A DNA stretch of 64,000 nucleotides from Acidobacteriota bacterium (GTDB lineage: Bacteria; Acidobacteriota; UBA4820; DSQY01), in assembly GCA_049967655.1 (NCBI GenBank), contig JBMFSH010000012.1, forward strand, positions 5,945-69,944, written 5' to 3'. Below the pieces are notes generated by a model, which saw nothing but the letters and a program-made list of their open reading frames with translations, made no database searches and had not been told where the DNA came from. Every line of letters starts with the position of its first letter. Positions within the stretch are counted from its first letter, which is position 1. Below, one piece after another: positions 9,195 through 19,320 of this stretch. Made by a program: the position numbers and the translations under genes.

Positions 9195-10643
9195 TCACCT
9201 CCGTCGGCGCAGGTAGGCGAACACCCCCGCCGCTACAACCAGTCCGGGAAGGATGACGACGAAGAGGATGAAGAGGAAGTTGGACTGCGAGGCGGTCAGC
9301 GTCAGGTGCGTCTCCACCTCGGTCTTGGGAGGAATGGCCAGCCGGCTGGTCTGGGAGAGCAGCCAGTGAATGGAGTTGAGACAGAAGAGGAGGTTTCCCG
9401 CCCCCGTCTGCAAGAGCCCGTCGCTCGCCACGTCCGAGTCGCCTACCACCACCAGGCGGCACTGGTCAGCCGTGTCCTTGGAGCTCACCGCGGCGGCCAT
9501 GGTCAGGGGCCCCTGCGCGTCCGTCGGCTTTTTTTCGACGCCCTTGTCGATGTTGGCGAGATCCCGCATGCCCCACGACTGCGGCGAGGACTGCAGGAGA
9601 GCCTCGCAGTGGTAGGCCTTGTTCTGGGGGGTGCCGAGGGTGAGGGACTGGGCCAGGCTGAGGAGCACGGGCAGCTTGTTCTGGACCAGGTCCTTCACAA
9701 CAGGCTCTTCCCCCACGGCCTGGGCGAAGAAGGTCTGCGCTCCGAGGTAGGGCACCGATGCGGCCGGATCCACCGCGATGTCGTGCCCGAGCGTGATGCC
9801 CCATTCCTGGAGGGTCGTCCCCAGGCCCGTGGAGCCGAAGGTCGGCGGCTTTCCGCTCTCGATGACGGGATCCAGAAGAAAGAGGGCCTTCCCTCCCTTT
9901 TGGAGGTAGTGGTCGATAACCTGGGCCTCCTGCGGAAGGAAGGGGCTCTTGGGCCCCGCGATGACCAGCATGCTGGCGTCCGAGGGCACTTCGGTCTTGC
10001 CCAGGCTAGCCCATTCCAGGACCTTGGCGCCCTCCTTGGCGAGGCGGGCCTTCAGAAGGCTGATGCCCTCTCCTTGAGCGCCGGCGTCTCGCTCGCCGTG
10101 GCCGGTGGTGAAGTAGATCACGGGGGTCTCCGGGTGCTCCAGGCTGAAGATGGCGTTGGTGAAGGCCGCCTCGGCCTTGAAGCTCTTGATGGCGGGCTGG
10201 CCGCCGAGGCCCGCGCTGGAGAAGTCGTAATCCACCATCTGGTCCTTCTCCACGTACTTGCTTTTGCCCCCGAGGGCGAAGACCACCACGTTGGCCATGG
10301 AGACCTTGTACTGCTGGGCAAGGGCCTCCATCCTGGCGCGCTGCCGGTCGGGATCGATGGTCTCCACCTGCACCAGGGGGCTGGCGGCGGCGTAGCCGTC
10401 CAACAGGTCCTTCACCCTCTCGTACAGGGGATCGTTGGGGGCGAGAAAGACCACGACCTTGAGCGGCTCCTTGAGCTCTCCGAGCACCTTTTTGGTCTCC
10501 TGAGAAATGGTGAAGGAGCGGCTGGCCGTGAGGTCCCACCGGTGGTAGTGGCGGAAGGCCAGGTAGTTCACAATCAGGAAGAGAGCGGTCAGGAGCACCA
10601 GGAAGACGCTCCAGTTGGTCTCTTGCAGGAGTCTTTTCTTCAT
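9195..10643 (-). CDS. GldG-like ABC-transporter auxiliary component (gliding-motility-associated family)
   Basis: N- and C-terminal TM anchors flanking a large periplasmic domain; operon context with an ABC-2 permease and ATPase. Confidence 0.65.
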   Translation of the reverse strand: MKKRLLQETNWSVFLVLLTALFLIVNYLAFRHYHRWDLTASRSFTISQETKKVLGELKEPLKVVVFLAPNDPLYERVKDLLDGYAAASPLVQVETIDPDRQRARMEALAQQYKVSMANVVVFALGGKSKYVEKDQMVDYDFSSAGLGGQPAIKSFKAEAAFTNAIFSLEHPETPVIYFTTGHGERDAGAQGEGISLLKARLAKEGAKVLEWASLGKTEVPSDASMLVIAGPKSPFLPQEAQVIDHYLQKGGKALFLLDPVIESGKPPTFGSTGLGTTLQEWGITLGHDIAVDPAASVPYLGAQTFFAQAVGEEPVVKDLVQNKLPVLLSLAQSLTLGTPQNKAYHCEALLQSSPQSWGMRDLANIDKGVEKKPTDAQGPLTMAAAVSSKDTADQCRLVVVGDSDVASDGLLQTGAGNLLFCLNSIHWLLSQTSRLAIPPKTEVETHLTLTASQSNFLFILFVVILPGLVVAAGVFAYLRRRR

Positions 10644-10647
10644 GGGG

Positions 10648-11388
10648 CTATCTCCAACGCCGAGTCTGCATGGCCTGATACCCGAGGGCCAGAAAAAGAG
10701 CGGTTCCTGACAGGCAGTAGACCACCGATCGGCTGTCCACCACCCCCTTGGCGAAGCCCTGCATGATCGACCAAAGATCCACGTACTGAAGAATGGGCTT
10801 CCAGAAGGGATCGGTCACCAGGAAGGTGAGGATGGAGATCAGGATCAGCAGGAGCAGTATGGCGAAGCACAGGATGGCCGCCACCACCTGATTCTTGGAG
10901 ACCAGGCTCGTAAACAGGCCGATGGCGATGAAGAACATGCCCACCATCAGCACGCCCAGATAGCCCGAGATCACGGGGCCTGCGTCCACCTTCGAGTAGG
11001 CCGTGAGCGCCCAGACGTAAAGGACCGTGGGCAGCCAGGCCGCCGCGTAGAGAGCCATGGCGCCCAGATACTTGCCGATCACCACCTCCAGATCGGAGAC
11101 GGGAGCGGTCATGAGGGTCTCGATGGTCCCGGTCTTTCGCTCCTCGGCCCCCAGCTTCATGGTGATGACCGGGGTCATGACGATCATGAAGATCCAGAAG
11201 AAGGTGGTGCCGCCGAAGAAGAGAAGCATGGGCTGGGCCGAGAAGGCTCCGGGCTGACTCAGGGCCGCCAGGATCACGGAGAAGATGAATCCGTTCATGA
11301 GGAGGAAGGCGGCGATCACGATGTAGGCCATGGGGGCGAAGAAGTAGCTCGTCAATTCCTTCCGGGCGATGGCCATCACCGCTCTCAT
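10648..11388 (-). CDS. ABC-2 type transporter permease (GldF-like)
   Basis: six hydrophobic segments, ABC-2 family pattern. Confidence 0.7.
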   Translation of the reverse strand: MRAVMAIARKELTSYFFAPMAYIVIAAFLLMNGFIFSVILAALSQPGAFSAQPMLLFFGGTTFFWIFMIVMTPVITMKLGAEERKTGTIETLMTAPVSDLEVVIGKYLGAMALYAAAWLPTVLYVWALTAYSKVDAGPVISGYLGVLMVGMFFIAIGLFTSLVSKNQVVAAILCFAILLLLILISILTFLVTDPFWKPILQYVDLWSIMQGFAKGVVDSRSVVYCLSGTALFLALGYQAMQTRRWR

Positions 11389-12341
11389 GAGAGCACCTCC
11401 GGATTGTTCTCGTGGGTCATGATGGAGAGGAAGGCCTCCTCCAGCGAGACCTGCTGGACGCTCAACTCCAGAAGCGGCAGTCCGGCGGCGGCGCAGGCCC
11501 TGAAGATGCCCTCCCGCGCATCCACGCCCTGCGCCGTCAGAATGTGGAAGCGGGGCGGCCCTTCGGCTGCCGCCAGCCTCTCCACGCGCTCCACCCCCGG
11601 CACTCCTTCCAGGCAGCGCCGGGCCGCGTCGGCGTCCGCTGAGATGGTGCAGAGCAGCCCGGAGGCCTCGCCGCCGAGGCCCTGGCGAAGCTCGGAGACG
11701 GGGCCGTCGTAGAGCAGGGCTCCGTGATGGAGGATCAGGGCCCGGGAGCAGATGGCCTCCACCTCGGGCAGGATGTGGGTGGAGAGGATCACCGTGTGGT
11801 CGGCGCTCAGGGTCTTGATCAGCGAGCGGGTGTGCACGATCTGAACCGGATCCAGGCCCACCGTCGGCTCATCCAGGATCAGCACCGGTGGATTGGCAAG
11901 AAGGGCGTCGGCCAATCCTATCCTCTGGCGAAAGCCCTTCGAGCAGGCACCGATGATCCGGTCCTTGACTTCGGTCACCTCGCAGGCCTCCAGAACCTCC
12001 TGGATACGGCCCTTGCGCGTTTTTCCGGGAATGCCCTTGAGGGCCGCACGGAAGGCGAGATATTCCTGGACGCGCAGGTCCTCGTAGAGGGGGTTGTTCT
12101 CGGGCAGATAGCCGATGAGCCGGCGCACCGCCTTGGTGTCCTCCTGCGCCGAATGGTCACCGACGAAGACCTCGCCAGACGTGGGGGGGAGAAAACCTGT
12201 CATGATCCGAAGAGTGGTAGACTTGCCGGCCCCGTTGGGCCCGAGAAAACCCACGATTTCGCCGGGGCGGACTTGGAAGGAGACGTGATTGACGGCCGCA
12301 GTGTCGCCATACCTCTTGACCAGGTCCTTCACTTCGATCAT
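11385..12341 (-). CDS. ABC transporter ATP-binding protein (GldA-like)
   Basis: Walker A GPNGAGKST, signature LSADH…, Walker B ILDEPT. Confidence 0.85.
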   Translation of the reverse strand: MIEVKDLVKRYGDTAAVNHVSFQVRPGEIVGFLGPNGAGKSTTLRIMTGFLPPTSGEVFVGDHSAQEDTKAVRRLIGYLPENNPLYEDLRVQEYLAFRAALKGIPGKTRKGRIQEVLEACEVTEVKDRIIGACSKGFRQRIGLADALLANPPVLILDEPTVGLDPVQIVHTRSLIKTLSADHTVILSTHILPEVEAICSRALILHHGALLYDGPVSELRQGLGGEASGLLCTISADADAARRCLEGVPGVERVERLAAAEGPPRFHILTAQGVDAREGIFRACAAAGLPLLELSVQQVSLEEAFLSIMTHENNPEVLS

Positions 12342-12359
12342 CCGGACCTCCAGATTGTG

Positions 12360-12704
12360 TCAGGCAGTGACGAGAAACAACGAAACCTTACGGGCGGTTT
12401 CCGCTTTGCCGGCGGAGTGGGCGCGCTCTTGCAAGGCCTGCAGGTGGCTCTTGCTGGGCGGGATACCCAGGGCTTTGCAGGTGTTCAGAAGAAGCAGAAG
12501 ATCGGCACTCTCCACCGCCACATCCAGGAGTCTCTCCAGGGCCGGCGTGTCTTGGGCGGCTTGGTAGAACTCCAGGGCATCGTGGAGATTGCCCGCCCTT
12601 TCATAGGTGCTCCCCCAGGCGCTGAGTTCGGCTGGGGGCTCCGGACTGGTGTAGAGGATCTTGTGCTTCTCGGCTACCGTCAGGGGGAATTTGGCGCTCG
12701 CCAT
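12360..12704 (-). CDS. hypothetical protein (114 aa)
   Basis: ORF with GGAGGA RBS before ATG at 12704; the upstream in-frame extension to 12791 is judged non-coding. Confidence 0.4.
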   Translation of the reverse strand: MASAKFPLTVAEKHKILYTSPEPPAELSAWGSTYERAGNLHDALEFYQAAQDTPALERLLDVAVESADLLLLLNTCKALGIPPSKSHLQALQERAHSAGKAETARKVSLFLVTA

Positions 12705-12824
12705 GCGGCATCCTCCGTGAAGGTGCCCAGCATACACCCGCCACCGCCGGGAGGCGAGGGGTGCTCCCGGGGGGATGCTCCCGGGAGACAAAAGGGGGCG
12801 CCCGAGAGAAGACGCTGGCAGGGC

Positions 12825-12852
12825 AAAAAAATAGGGGGGGCTTGCGCCCCCC
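12825..12852 (-). terminator. Rho-independent terminator downstream of hsp20
   Basis: GGGGGGCG-loop-CGCCCCCC hairpin followed by U7 on the minus strand. Confidence 0.75.
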
Positions 12853-12875
12853 GGCGGACAACGGCCTGGATGCGG

Positions 12876-13316
12876 TTAGCCCTTGATGGCGATACGCTTG
12901 GGTTTGGACTCCTCGGCCTTCGGGACGATGAGCTGCAAGATGCCGTCCTTGTAAGTGGCCGAGATCTTGTCGGCCTCCACTCGAGAGGGCAGGGTGAAGG
13001 AGCGCGTGAATCGGCCGTAGGCCCGCTCGATGCGATGGTAGGTCTCCTTTTGGGACTCCGCCTCGAACTTCCTTTCGCCGCGGATGGTGAGGAGGTTGTT
13101 CTCCAGGTGAACCTCGATGTCCTCCCGCTTCATGCCGGGCATGTCGGCCTCGATGACATACTGTCCCTCCTCTTCGCGCAGATCCACGGCGGGGCTCCAG
13201 GCTCCGTACTCCAATTCGGCTGACTGGGTTTTCCCGAAGTTTTCGTCGAAGAGACGGTTCAACTGATCATGCATGGTGAGCAGCTCCCGCATAGGGTTCC
13301 AACGACTGATGGCCAT
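12876..13316 (-). CDS. Hsp20/alpha-crystallin family small heat-shock protein
   Basis: alpha-crystallin domain (…PAVDLREEEGQYVIEADMPGMKREDIEV…). Confidence 0.85.
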   Translation of the reverse strand: MAISRWNPMRELLTMHDQLNRLFDENFGKTQSAELEYGAWSPAVDLREEEGQYVIEADMPGMKREDIEVHLENNLLTIRGERKFEAESQKETYHRIERAYGRFTRSFTLPSRVEADKISATYKDGILQLIVPKAEESKPKRIAIKG

Positions 13317-13360
13317 GTGTGTAACCTCCTTTCTGTGGTTCAGGATGCCGTTTCATCTGC

Positions 13361-13389
13361 ATCCGGCTATAATATAAAACCGCACAGTA
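13361..13389 (-). promoter_or_regulatory. sigma70-consensus promoter of hsp20 (TTGACA-N17-TATATT) within an AT-rich block
   Basis: reverse complement of tgtcaa(13384-13389)…aatata(13361-13366), exact 17-nt spacer, about 45 nt upstream of the start codon. Confidence 0.55.
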
Positions 13390-13606
13390 ATGTTGTCAAG
13401 TATTATACCAAAAGAACGCTCATATAGATTGCAACAAACTGATAATTCATAGGTTGTACGCGGAATGAGGGAGGCGAAGAGGCAGACTTTCCCAATCCCG
13501 CGATGGAACGGGGGAAAGAGCATGGAAAGCAGGTGGGACAAGGCATTGGAGAAGAGGCCCTAGTTCCCTATCAAGGGATTGGGGCGCCCTTGAGCCAAGG
13601 GCGGGA

Positions 13607-13795
13607 GGGCGCCAAGGGTGGGGTGAGGGTCCACGGGCTTGGCCCGTGGAGCGGGGCCCCGCAGGGCAATCTCCCGAACCGTCGGGCTTGGCTCGCGGTT
13701 CGGTGCGGCAAGGCCATGACCCTCCCCGTCCAGGGGACAACGTCTTTCCCCCGTGAGCCGTAGCCGAAGGCACCCGCGTATCCATCGTGGAATTT
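13607..13795 (-). repeat. structured intergenic repeat, copy 2 (inverted, with about 55-nt internal expansion)
   Basis: reverse complement aligns to copies 1 and 3; 5' end abuts the mutS stop codon. Confidence 0.65.
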
Positions 13796-13801
13796 GGGGG
13801 C

Positions 13802-16375
13802 TCAGGAGAGCTTGCGTTTGAGCCGTTCAAGGAGAAGAAGGGCATCCAACGGCGTCAGGCGATGAGGATCGGCTTGGCGGAGAGCGGTGACCACCGCCGC
13901 CTCGCGTCCGGGATCCTCTCCCGAGAAGAGAGTCGACTGCCGCGGCCGGGGCCGGACCTGCTCGGAGAGACCCACCTGCTCTCGCCGCCGCTCCAGCCGC
14001 TCCAGCACCTCGCGAGCCCTGGACACCACGGGTGCGGGCACTCCCGCCAGCTCCGCCACGTGGATGCCGTACGATTTATCCGCCGCCCCCGGCTCCACCA
14101 TCTTGAGGAAGTGGACGGTGCCGGCGTACTCGCGCACGGCCATGGTCAGATTCCGCACGCCGGGCAGGGTGCGGCCGAGCTCGGTGAGCTCGTGGTAATG
14201 GGTGGCAAAGAGGGTCCGGCATCCGATTCCCTCCGGCCCGCGCAGCGCCTCCACGACGGCCCAGGCGATGGCGAGGCCGTCGTAGGTGCTCGTGCCCCGT
14301 CCCACCTCGTCCAGGATGACCAGGGAGCGCACCGTGGCCCCCCGGAGGATGGCGGCCGTCTCGGTCATCTCCACCATGAAGGTCGAAAGCCCTCTGAGCA
14401 GGCTGTCCCCCGCCCCGACCCGGCAGTAGAGGCGGTCCGCCAACCCCACCGTAGCGCTCCTCGCGGGCACCCAGGAGCCCACGTGCGCCATGACGGCCAG
14501 GAGGGCCGTCTGCCTCAAATAGGTGGACTTTCCGCCCATGTTGGGCCCCGTCAGGAGGGTGACCTGCTTCTCCGCCGTATCCATCTCCACGGGGTTTGGC
14601 ACGAAGGGCCTGTGGCGTTCGTCCAGCTCCAGCACCGGGTGGCGAGCCTCCTCCATGGCGATCACCGGCTCCTCCACTATCACGGGCCGCACGTAGCCCC
14701 GTTCGCGAGCAAAGTGCGCGAAGCCCGCCAGGATGTCCTGGGAGGCGAGCTCGGCCGACACCTCCCGCAAGAGCGGTAGAACGGGGGCCAGTTCCTCAAC
14801 CAGTTCGCCCCACAGGCGCTCCTCCAGCGCGTAGCGATCGGCTCTGGCGGACAAAATCCGGCCCTCCAGCTCGCGCAATTCGGCAGTCACGAAGCGCTCC
14901 GCGTTCACGAGGGTCTGCCGGCGCTCATAGTCGGGGGGCACCTTGGGCAGATTGGCCTTGCTCACCTCGATAAAATAGCCGAACACGCGGTTGTAGCGGA
15001 TTTTTAGCGAGCCGATACCCGTCCGTCCGCGTTCCCTCGCCTCCACCTGCAGGATGGCATCGTGGGCGTTTTCCGACAGGCCCCTCAGGCGGTCCAGCTC
15101 GGGCAGGAACCCGCGCGCGAAGATCCCTCCCTCCCGGGCGTGGGCCGGCAGCGTCTCTTCGAGCTGTTCGGCCAGCCGGCGCGCCCAGGCCTGCACCTTA
15201 GGCAGGGCGGCCTCCAGCGCCTCGGAGCCTTCCCCTATTCCTCGAAGCAGAGCCAGCGCCTCGGGCATTTTATCGAGGGCCGCCCGGAGACCGCCTGCGT
15301 CTCGCGGGGAGGCGATGCCAGCGGCAAAGCGCGCCACGAGCCGGCCGAGATCGGGATACCCCCTCAACAGCGATCGCCACGCCGCCAGCTCGGCGGGCTT
15401 CCCCATCCACGCCGCCACCGTGGACTGGCGCGCCAAGATCCGCGCGCGGTCGGCGCAGGGGGTCAGGAGCCAGTCCCTCAGAAGCCTCCCACCCATGGGA
15501 GTGAGAGTCCCATCGAGGCATTGGAGAAGGCTGCCCCGCCTCCCGCCGCTCTCCTGACCGACCACCAGTTCCAGGTTCCGCCGGGTGGCCTCGTCCATGG
15601 CGAGGAAGGTGCCGGGCGTCTCGTACCTAGGCATCTTCAGCGTGGCGGCGCCTCGCTCTTTTACGTACGCCAGGAGGGCGCTGAGCGCCCCCAAGGGCTC
15701 GGGCTCTCCAGGGAGACCGGGCAGGCCGGGCGGGAGTCCAAGCCCCCCGGTCAACCGCTCCAGGGCTCGCCGGTGGGCGAACTCCTCGTCGGGAATGGGC
15801 GAGTTAGCCGCCTGGCCCACCTCCGGTACCGAGTCGTCCGATTCGGGATGGAGGAGCTCGGCGGGCCCCACCGCCCTGAGGCGCTCGATGGCCTCCTCGG
15901 GCCCGGACTGCCACACCACGACTTCGCCCGAAGAGAGGTCGGTCCAAGCCAAGCCCACCCTTGCCCCAACGGCGTTCCACGCGGCCAGAAAAACGGGCTG
16001 GCCGGCCTCCACCACCCCCTCCTCCAGGGCCGTGCCGGGAGTCACCACGCGGGTCACCTCCCGCCGAACGATCCCCTTGGCCTGGGCGGGATTCTCCACC
16101 TGGTCGCAGAGGGCTACCTTGTGGCCGGCCCGGATGAGGCGCCCGAGGTAGCTCTCCAGGGCATGATGGGGGATGCCGCACATGGGCATGGGATCGGCCT
16201 TGTCCCGGTCCCTCGTGGTCAGGGCGATTTCGAGGAGATCGGAGGCCAGGAGGGCATCAGGGCCGAACATCTCGTAGAAGTCGCCCATGCGGAAGAGGAC
16301 GATCTTGTCCGGGTGGGCATCCTTGACGCGCTGCCACTGCCGCATGGCAGGGGTAAGCTTCATCTCGCTCGGCAT
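13802..16375 (-). CDS. mutS: DNA mismatch repair protein MutS
   Basis: 857 aa, Walker A GPNMGGKSTY, MutS domains I-V. Confidence 0.9.
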   Translation of the reverse strand: MPSEMKLTPAMRQWQRVKDAHPDKIVLFRMGDFYEMFGPDALLASDLLEIALTTRDRDKADPMPMCGIPHHALESYLGRLIRAGHKVALCDQVENPAQAKGIVRREVTRVVTPGTALEEGVVEAGQPVFLAAWNAVGARVGLAWTDLSSGEVVVWQSGPEEAIERLRAVGPAELLHPESDDSVPEVGQAANSPIPDEEFAHRRALERLTGGLGLPPGLPGLPGEPEPLGALSALLAYVKERGAATLKMPRYETPGTFLAMDEATRRNLELVVGQESGGRRGSLLQCLDGTLTPMGGRLLRDWLLTPCADRARILARQSTVAAWMGKPAELAAWRSLLRGYPDLGRLVARFAAGIASPRDAGGLRAALDKMPEALALLRGIGEGSEALEAALPKVQAWARRLAEQLEETLPAHAREGGIFARGFLPELDRLRGLSENAHDAILQVEARERGRTGIGSLKIRYNRVFGYFIEVSKANLPKVPPDYERRQTLVNAERFVTAELRELEGRILSARADRYALEERLWGELVEELAPVLPLLREVSAELASQDILAGFAHFARERGYVRPVIVEEPVIAMEEARHPVLELDERHRPFVPNPVEMDTAEKQVTLLTGPNMGGKSTYLRQTALLAVMAHVGSWVPARSATVGLADRLYCRVGAGDSLLRGLSTFMVEMTETAAILRGATVRSLVILDEVGRGTSTYDGLAIAWAVVEALRGPEGIGCRTLFATHYHELTELGRTLPGVRNLTMAVREYAGTVHFLKMVEPGAADKSYGIHVAELAGVPAPVVSRAREVLERLERRREQVGLSEQVRPRPRQSTLFSGEDPGREAAVVTALRQADPHRLTPLDALLLLERLKRKLS

Positions 16376-16612
16376 CGCCTGCCCTGCTCCTTTCCAAGCT
16401 GGCCCTGAGAACTGGTCGCCTGGCCAACGCCCCCGCCCCCTGTTGAAGATGGGTCCGGCTCCGGCGCGTCAGCCTGCCTATTCAACCACGAGCCCCTCCG
16501 CTTCGCCAATCTGCTGCGGGCTGGCGCCACTCTGGCACCACTCTGGCACGTTGACGCACTGGGCTCTTTCCGATAAACTGCCTTGTATACTTTCCTTGAG
16601 GGAGAGCCAATC

Positions 16613-18025
16613 ATGGACGCAAAACGGGTAATGGAGCTGATCAGGGAAAAGAGTATCCGGATGGTGGACTTGCGGTTCATGGACATGCCGGGCCTCTGGC
16701 AGCATTTCACCGTCCCGGCGGAATCCTTCTCGGAAGACGCCTTCACGGAGGGGGTCGGCTTCGACGGCTCCTCCATCCGAGGCTGGAAGTCCATCCACGA
16801 GAGCGACATGATCGTGGTTCCGGACCCGACCGCGGCCTACGAGGACCCCTACTTCACGCTGCCCACCCTGACCCTGATCTGCAACATCCTCGACCCCGTG
16901 ACCAAGGAATCATACCCGCGCGATCCTCGCAACATCGCCCTCAAGGCCCAGAACTACTTGATCTCGACGGGCATCGCGGATACGGCTTACTTCGGCTGTG
17001 AGGCCGAGTTCTTCGTCTTCGACGACATCCGCTTCGATCAGACGCCGAGCTGCGGCTTCTACTACGTGGACTCGGTGGAGGGCCGATGGAACAGCGGCCG
17101 GGACGAGAAGCCCAACCTGGGGTACAAGCCGAGGTACAAGGAGGGCTACTTCCCCGTGCCCCCCACGGATGCCACCCACGACCTCCGCGCCGAAATGGTG
17201 CGCGTCATGCAGGAGGTGGGGATGACCGTCGAGGCCCACCACCATGAGGTGGCCACGGCCGGCCAGTGCGAAATCGACATCCGCTTCGACACCCTCGTGC
17301 GAACCGCGGACAACCTGATGAAATTCAAGTACGTCGTGAAGAATACCGCCCTGCGGTACGGCAAGACGGCCACCTTCATGCCCAAGCCCATTTTCGGGGA
17401 CAACGGCTCCGGGATGCACACTCACCAGAGCCTGTGGAAGGAGGGCCAGCCGCTCTTCCCGGGCAACGGCTACGCCGGCCTCTCCCAAACGGCTCTCTTC
17501 TACATCGGCGGCCTGCTCAAGCACGCCCGCGCGCTGGCCGCCATCATCGCCCCCACCACCAACTCCTACAAGAGGCTGGTACCGGGATTTGAGGCGCCCG
17601 TGAACCTTGCCTACTCGCGCCGGAACCGCTCCGCCTCCATCCGGATTCCTCTTTACACGGAGAGCCCCAAGGCCAAGCGCCTGGAGTTCAGGCCGCCGGA
17701 TCCCTCCTGCAACCCTTACCTGGCACTGGCCGCCCAACTCATGGCGGGGCTCGACGGGATCCTGAACCGGATCGATCCGGGACCGCCTCTGGACAAGGAC
17801 CTCTACGGCCTGCCGCCCGAGCAGCTCAAGGAGATCCCCACCATGCCGGGGTCGCTCTCGGAGGCCCTGGCGGAGCTCGAGAAGGACCACGAGTTCCTGC
17901 TCAAGGGCGACGTCTTCACCGAGGACTTCCTGCACACCTGGATCGAATACAAGCGCCACCGAGAGGTGGAGGAGATCAACCTCAGGCCCCATCCCTACGA
18001 ATTCGCCCTGTACTACGATATATAG
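16613..18025 (+). CDS. glnA: glutamine synthetase type I
   Basis: GS-I signatures; start ATG 16613 ([13 protein letters not shown]…). Confidence 0.9.
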   Translation: MDAKRVMELIREKSIRMVDLRFMDMPGLWQHFTVPAESFSEDAFTEGVGFDGSSIRGWKSIHESDMIVVPDPTAAYEDPYFTLPTLTLICNILDPVTKESYPRDPRNIALKAQNYLISTGIADTAYFGCEAEFFVFDDIRFDQTPSCGFYYVDSVEGRWNSGRDEKPNLGYKPRYKEGYFPVPPTDATHDLRAEMVRVMQEVGMTVEAHHHEVATAGQCEIDIRFDTLVRTADNLMKFKYVVKNTALRYGKTATFMPKPIFGDNGSGMHTHQSLWKEGQPLFPGNGYAGLSQTALFYIGGLLKHARALAAIIAPTTNSYKRLVPGFEAPVNLAYSRRNRSASIRIPLYTESPKAKRLEFRPPDPSCNPYLALAAQLMAGLDGILNRIDPGPPLDKDLYGLPPEQLKEIPTMPGSLSEALAELEKDHEFLLKGDVFTEDFLHTWIEYKRHREVEEINLRPHPYEFALYYDI

Positions 18026-18065
18026 AGATGAAACGGGCGGCGGGGCAGCCGCTGGGAGGAAACCC

Positions 18066-18728
18066 ATGAAGCGTACGCTGGGAGCCACCATCCTTCTGCT
18101 GGCCGCGCTTTCCTGCATCCACGTGGTCGTGAACGTCTACTTCCCTGCCTCCGAAGCCAAGGGCGCCTTGGCCTCCCTGGAGGATGAGCTTCTCGCCGGC
18201 AGCCCCGGCAAGCCCCCATCCACCCAGGAAAAACCGGCACAGCCGGCGACGCCCCAGGAACCCGCCACGCCCCCCAAGGGGCCGAGGGAGAGCGCCTGGC
18301 TCGGCCTCCTCCACCCCCAGGTGGCCTACGCCGCCGGGTCCGTCACGGAGGAGGAGATCTACAACCGGATCAAGTCCATGCCCCAGGTAGTGGAGGCTTA
18401 CCAGCGAATCGGGGCCCGGATGGCCCGGGTGGACGCCCTGCGCCAGGCCGGCCTCGTGGGCGAGGGGAACGACGGGCTGCTCAAGCCCAGGCAGGCGATC
18501 CCCGATCGGCGAGACCAGCGAACCATCGAGGAGGAGAACGCCGACCGCCTGGTGGTCATCCGGGGGTTGGCCAAGGCGGCGCTTCTGGCCCAGGGCGAGG
18601 CGGTCACCGCCGCTGCCCTCAGCCGGGTCGAGCCCGACGCGGCGGCGACCTTCGCCTCCCTGCGACGCGAAAAGGCCCAAGCCGGGTGGTGGATCCAGAT
18701 GCCCGACGGGAGCTGGCGGAAGAAGTAG
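18066..18728 (+). CDS. secreted hypothetical protein, possibly DUF1318/YdbL-like
   Basis: signal peptide; C-terminal …QAGLVGEGNDGLL… resembles DUF1318. Confidence 0.4.
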   Translation: MKRTLGATILLLAALSCIHVVVNVYFPASEAKGALASLEDELLAGSPGKPPSTQEKPAQPATPQEPATPPKGPRESAWLGLLHPQVAYAAGSVTEEEIYNRIKSMPQVVEAYQRIGARMARVDALRQAGLVGEGNDGLLKPRQAIPDRRDQRTIEEENADRLVVIRGLAKAALLAQGEAVTAAALSRVEPDAAATFASLRREKAQAGWWIQMPDGSWRKK

Positions 18729-18861
18729 TCCTCTGCCCGCCTCCCGGCCTCCGAGGTACGGTGTTTCTTATTCCCACACCGGGGGGGAGAGATTCTTTTC
18801 CACAACCCGCGCCCCGTGGACATCGTGACGCAGCCATTTATCTATCAAGTGGTTACGGAGC

Positions 18862-18890
18862 TTGACAGGACTTTCGACGGGACTTATATT
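18862..18890 (+). promoter_or_regulatory. perfect sigma70 consensus promoter TTGACA-N17-TATATT
   Basis: hexamers at 18862-18867 and 18885-18890 with exact 17-nt spacer in a lower-GC non-coding region. Confidence 0.55.
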
Positions 18891-18896
18891 CTCGCG

Positions 18897-19145
18897 GCAT
18901 GGGTGAGGTGACCTGATGCTGAAATCGATTCCCTACGTTCGCCGGATGCTCCCCCAAGAATCCAAGAGGGTTCCTGCTCCCCGCCACGGCCAGTGGACGG
19001 GTGCTTCCGAAGCGGCGGCAAAGAAATCCCCTCCTTTCCAAGGTTCCGATCCGTTTCCCGCGAATCCGGTCGTTCCGGCTTCGCGGATTTCGGCTCCTCA
19101 GTGAGGGGACAAGCGGCGGGGACGGTCCCCGCCGCTTTCGTGTGG
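18897..19145 (+). ncRNA. candidate ~250-nt small RNA (unknown family)
   Basis: lies between the consensus promoter and the strong GC hairpin GCGGCGGGGAC-GGT-CCCCGCCGC (19113-19135) followed by a T-rich stretch; contains an internal hairpin CGCGAATCCGG…CCGGCTTCGCG; the overlapping 62-aa ORF has low GC3. Confidence 0.3.
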
Positions 19146-19320
19146 TCCTCCGTTGTGCTCATTGCCCTTCTCGCCCGGACCAGATGATTTGGGGATTTTC
19201 CTCTCTCCAGGTAAATCCGTTGCGGCGCGCTTTTCGGCCCTCCGAAACCAAGCGGAGAAGCGCCCGGCCCGAGGCTGGAGCCTCTTCATCGTCTCCTTTT
19301 GAACAGGCGCGATCCGCGCC

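Noticed and set aside
12360-12791. Longer 143-aa version of the hypothetical gene
   Set aside because: The N-terminal 29 residues are low-complexity with no RBS. The internal ATG at 12704 has a GGAGGA RBS.
18916-19104. 62-aa ORF downstream of the consensus promoter
   Set aside because: It has low GC3 for this genome, a Pro/basic low-complexity sequence and no recognisable fold. The region is more likely non-coding RNA.
18730-19320. RNase P RNA, SRP RNA or 6S RNA identity for the promoter-driven transcript
   Set aside because: The conserved motifs (GGAAAGTCCGG for RNase P; the SRP domain IV AGCAGGG/GAAGCAGCC motifs) are absent. 6S RNA cannot be confirmed or excluded by eye.
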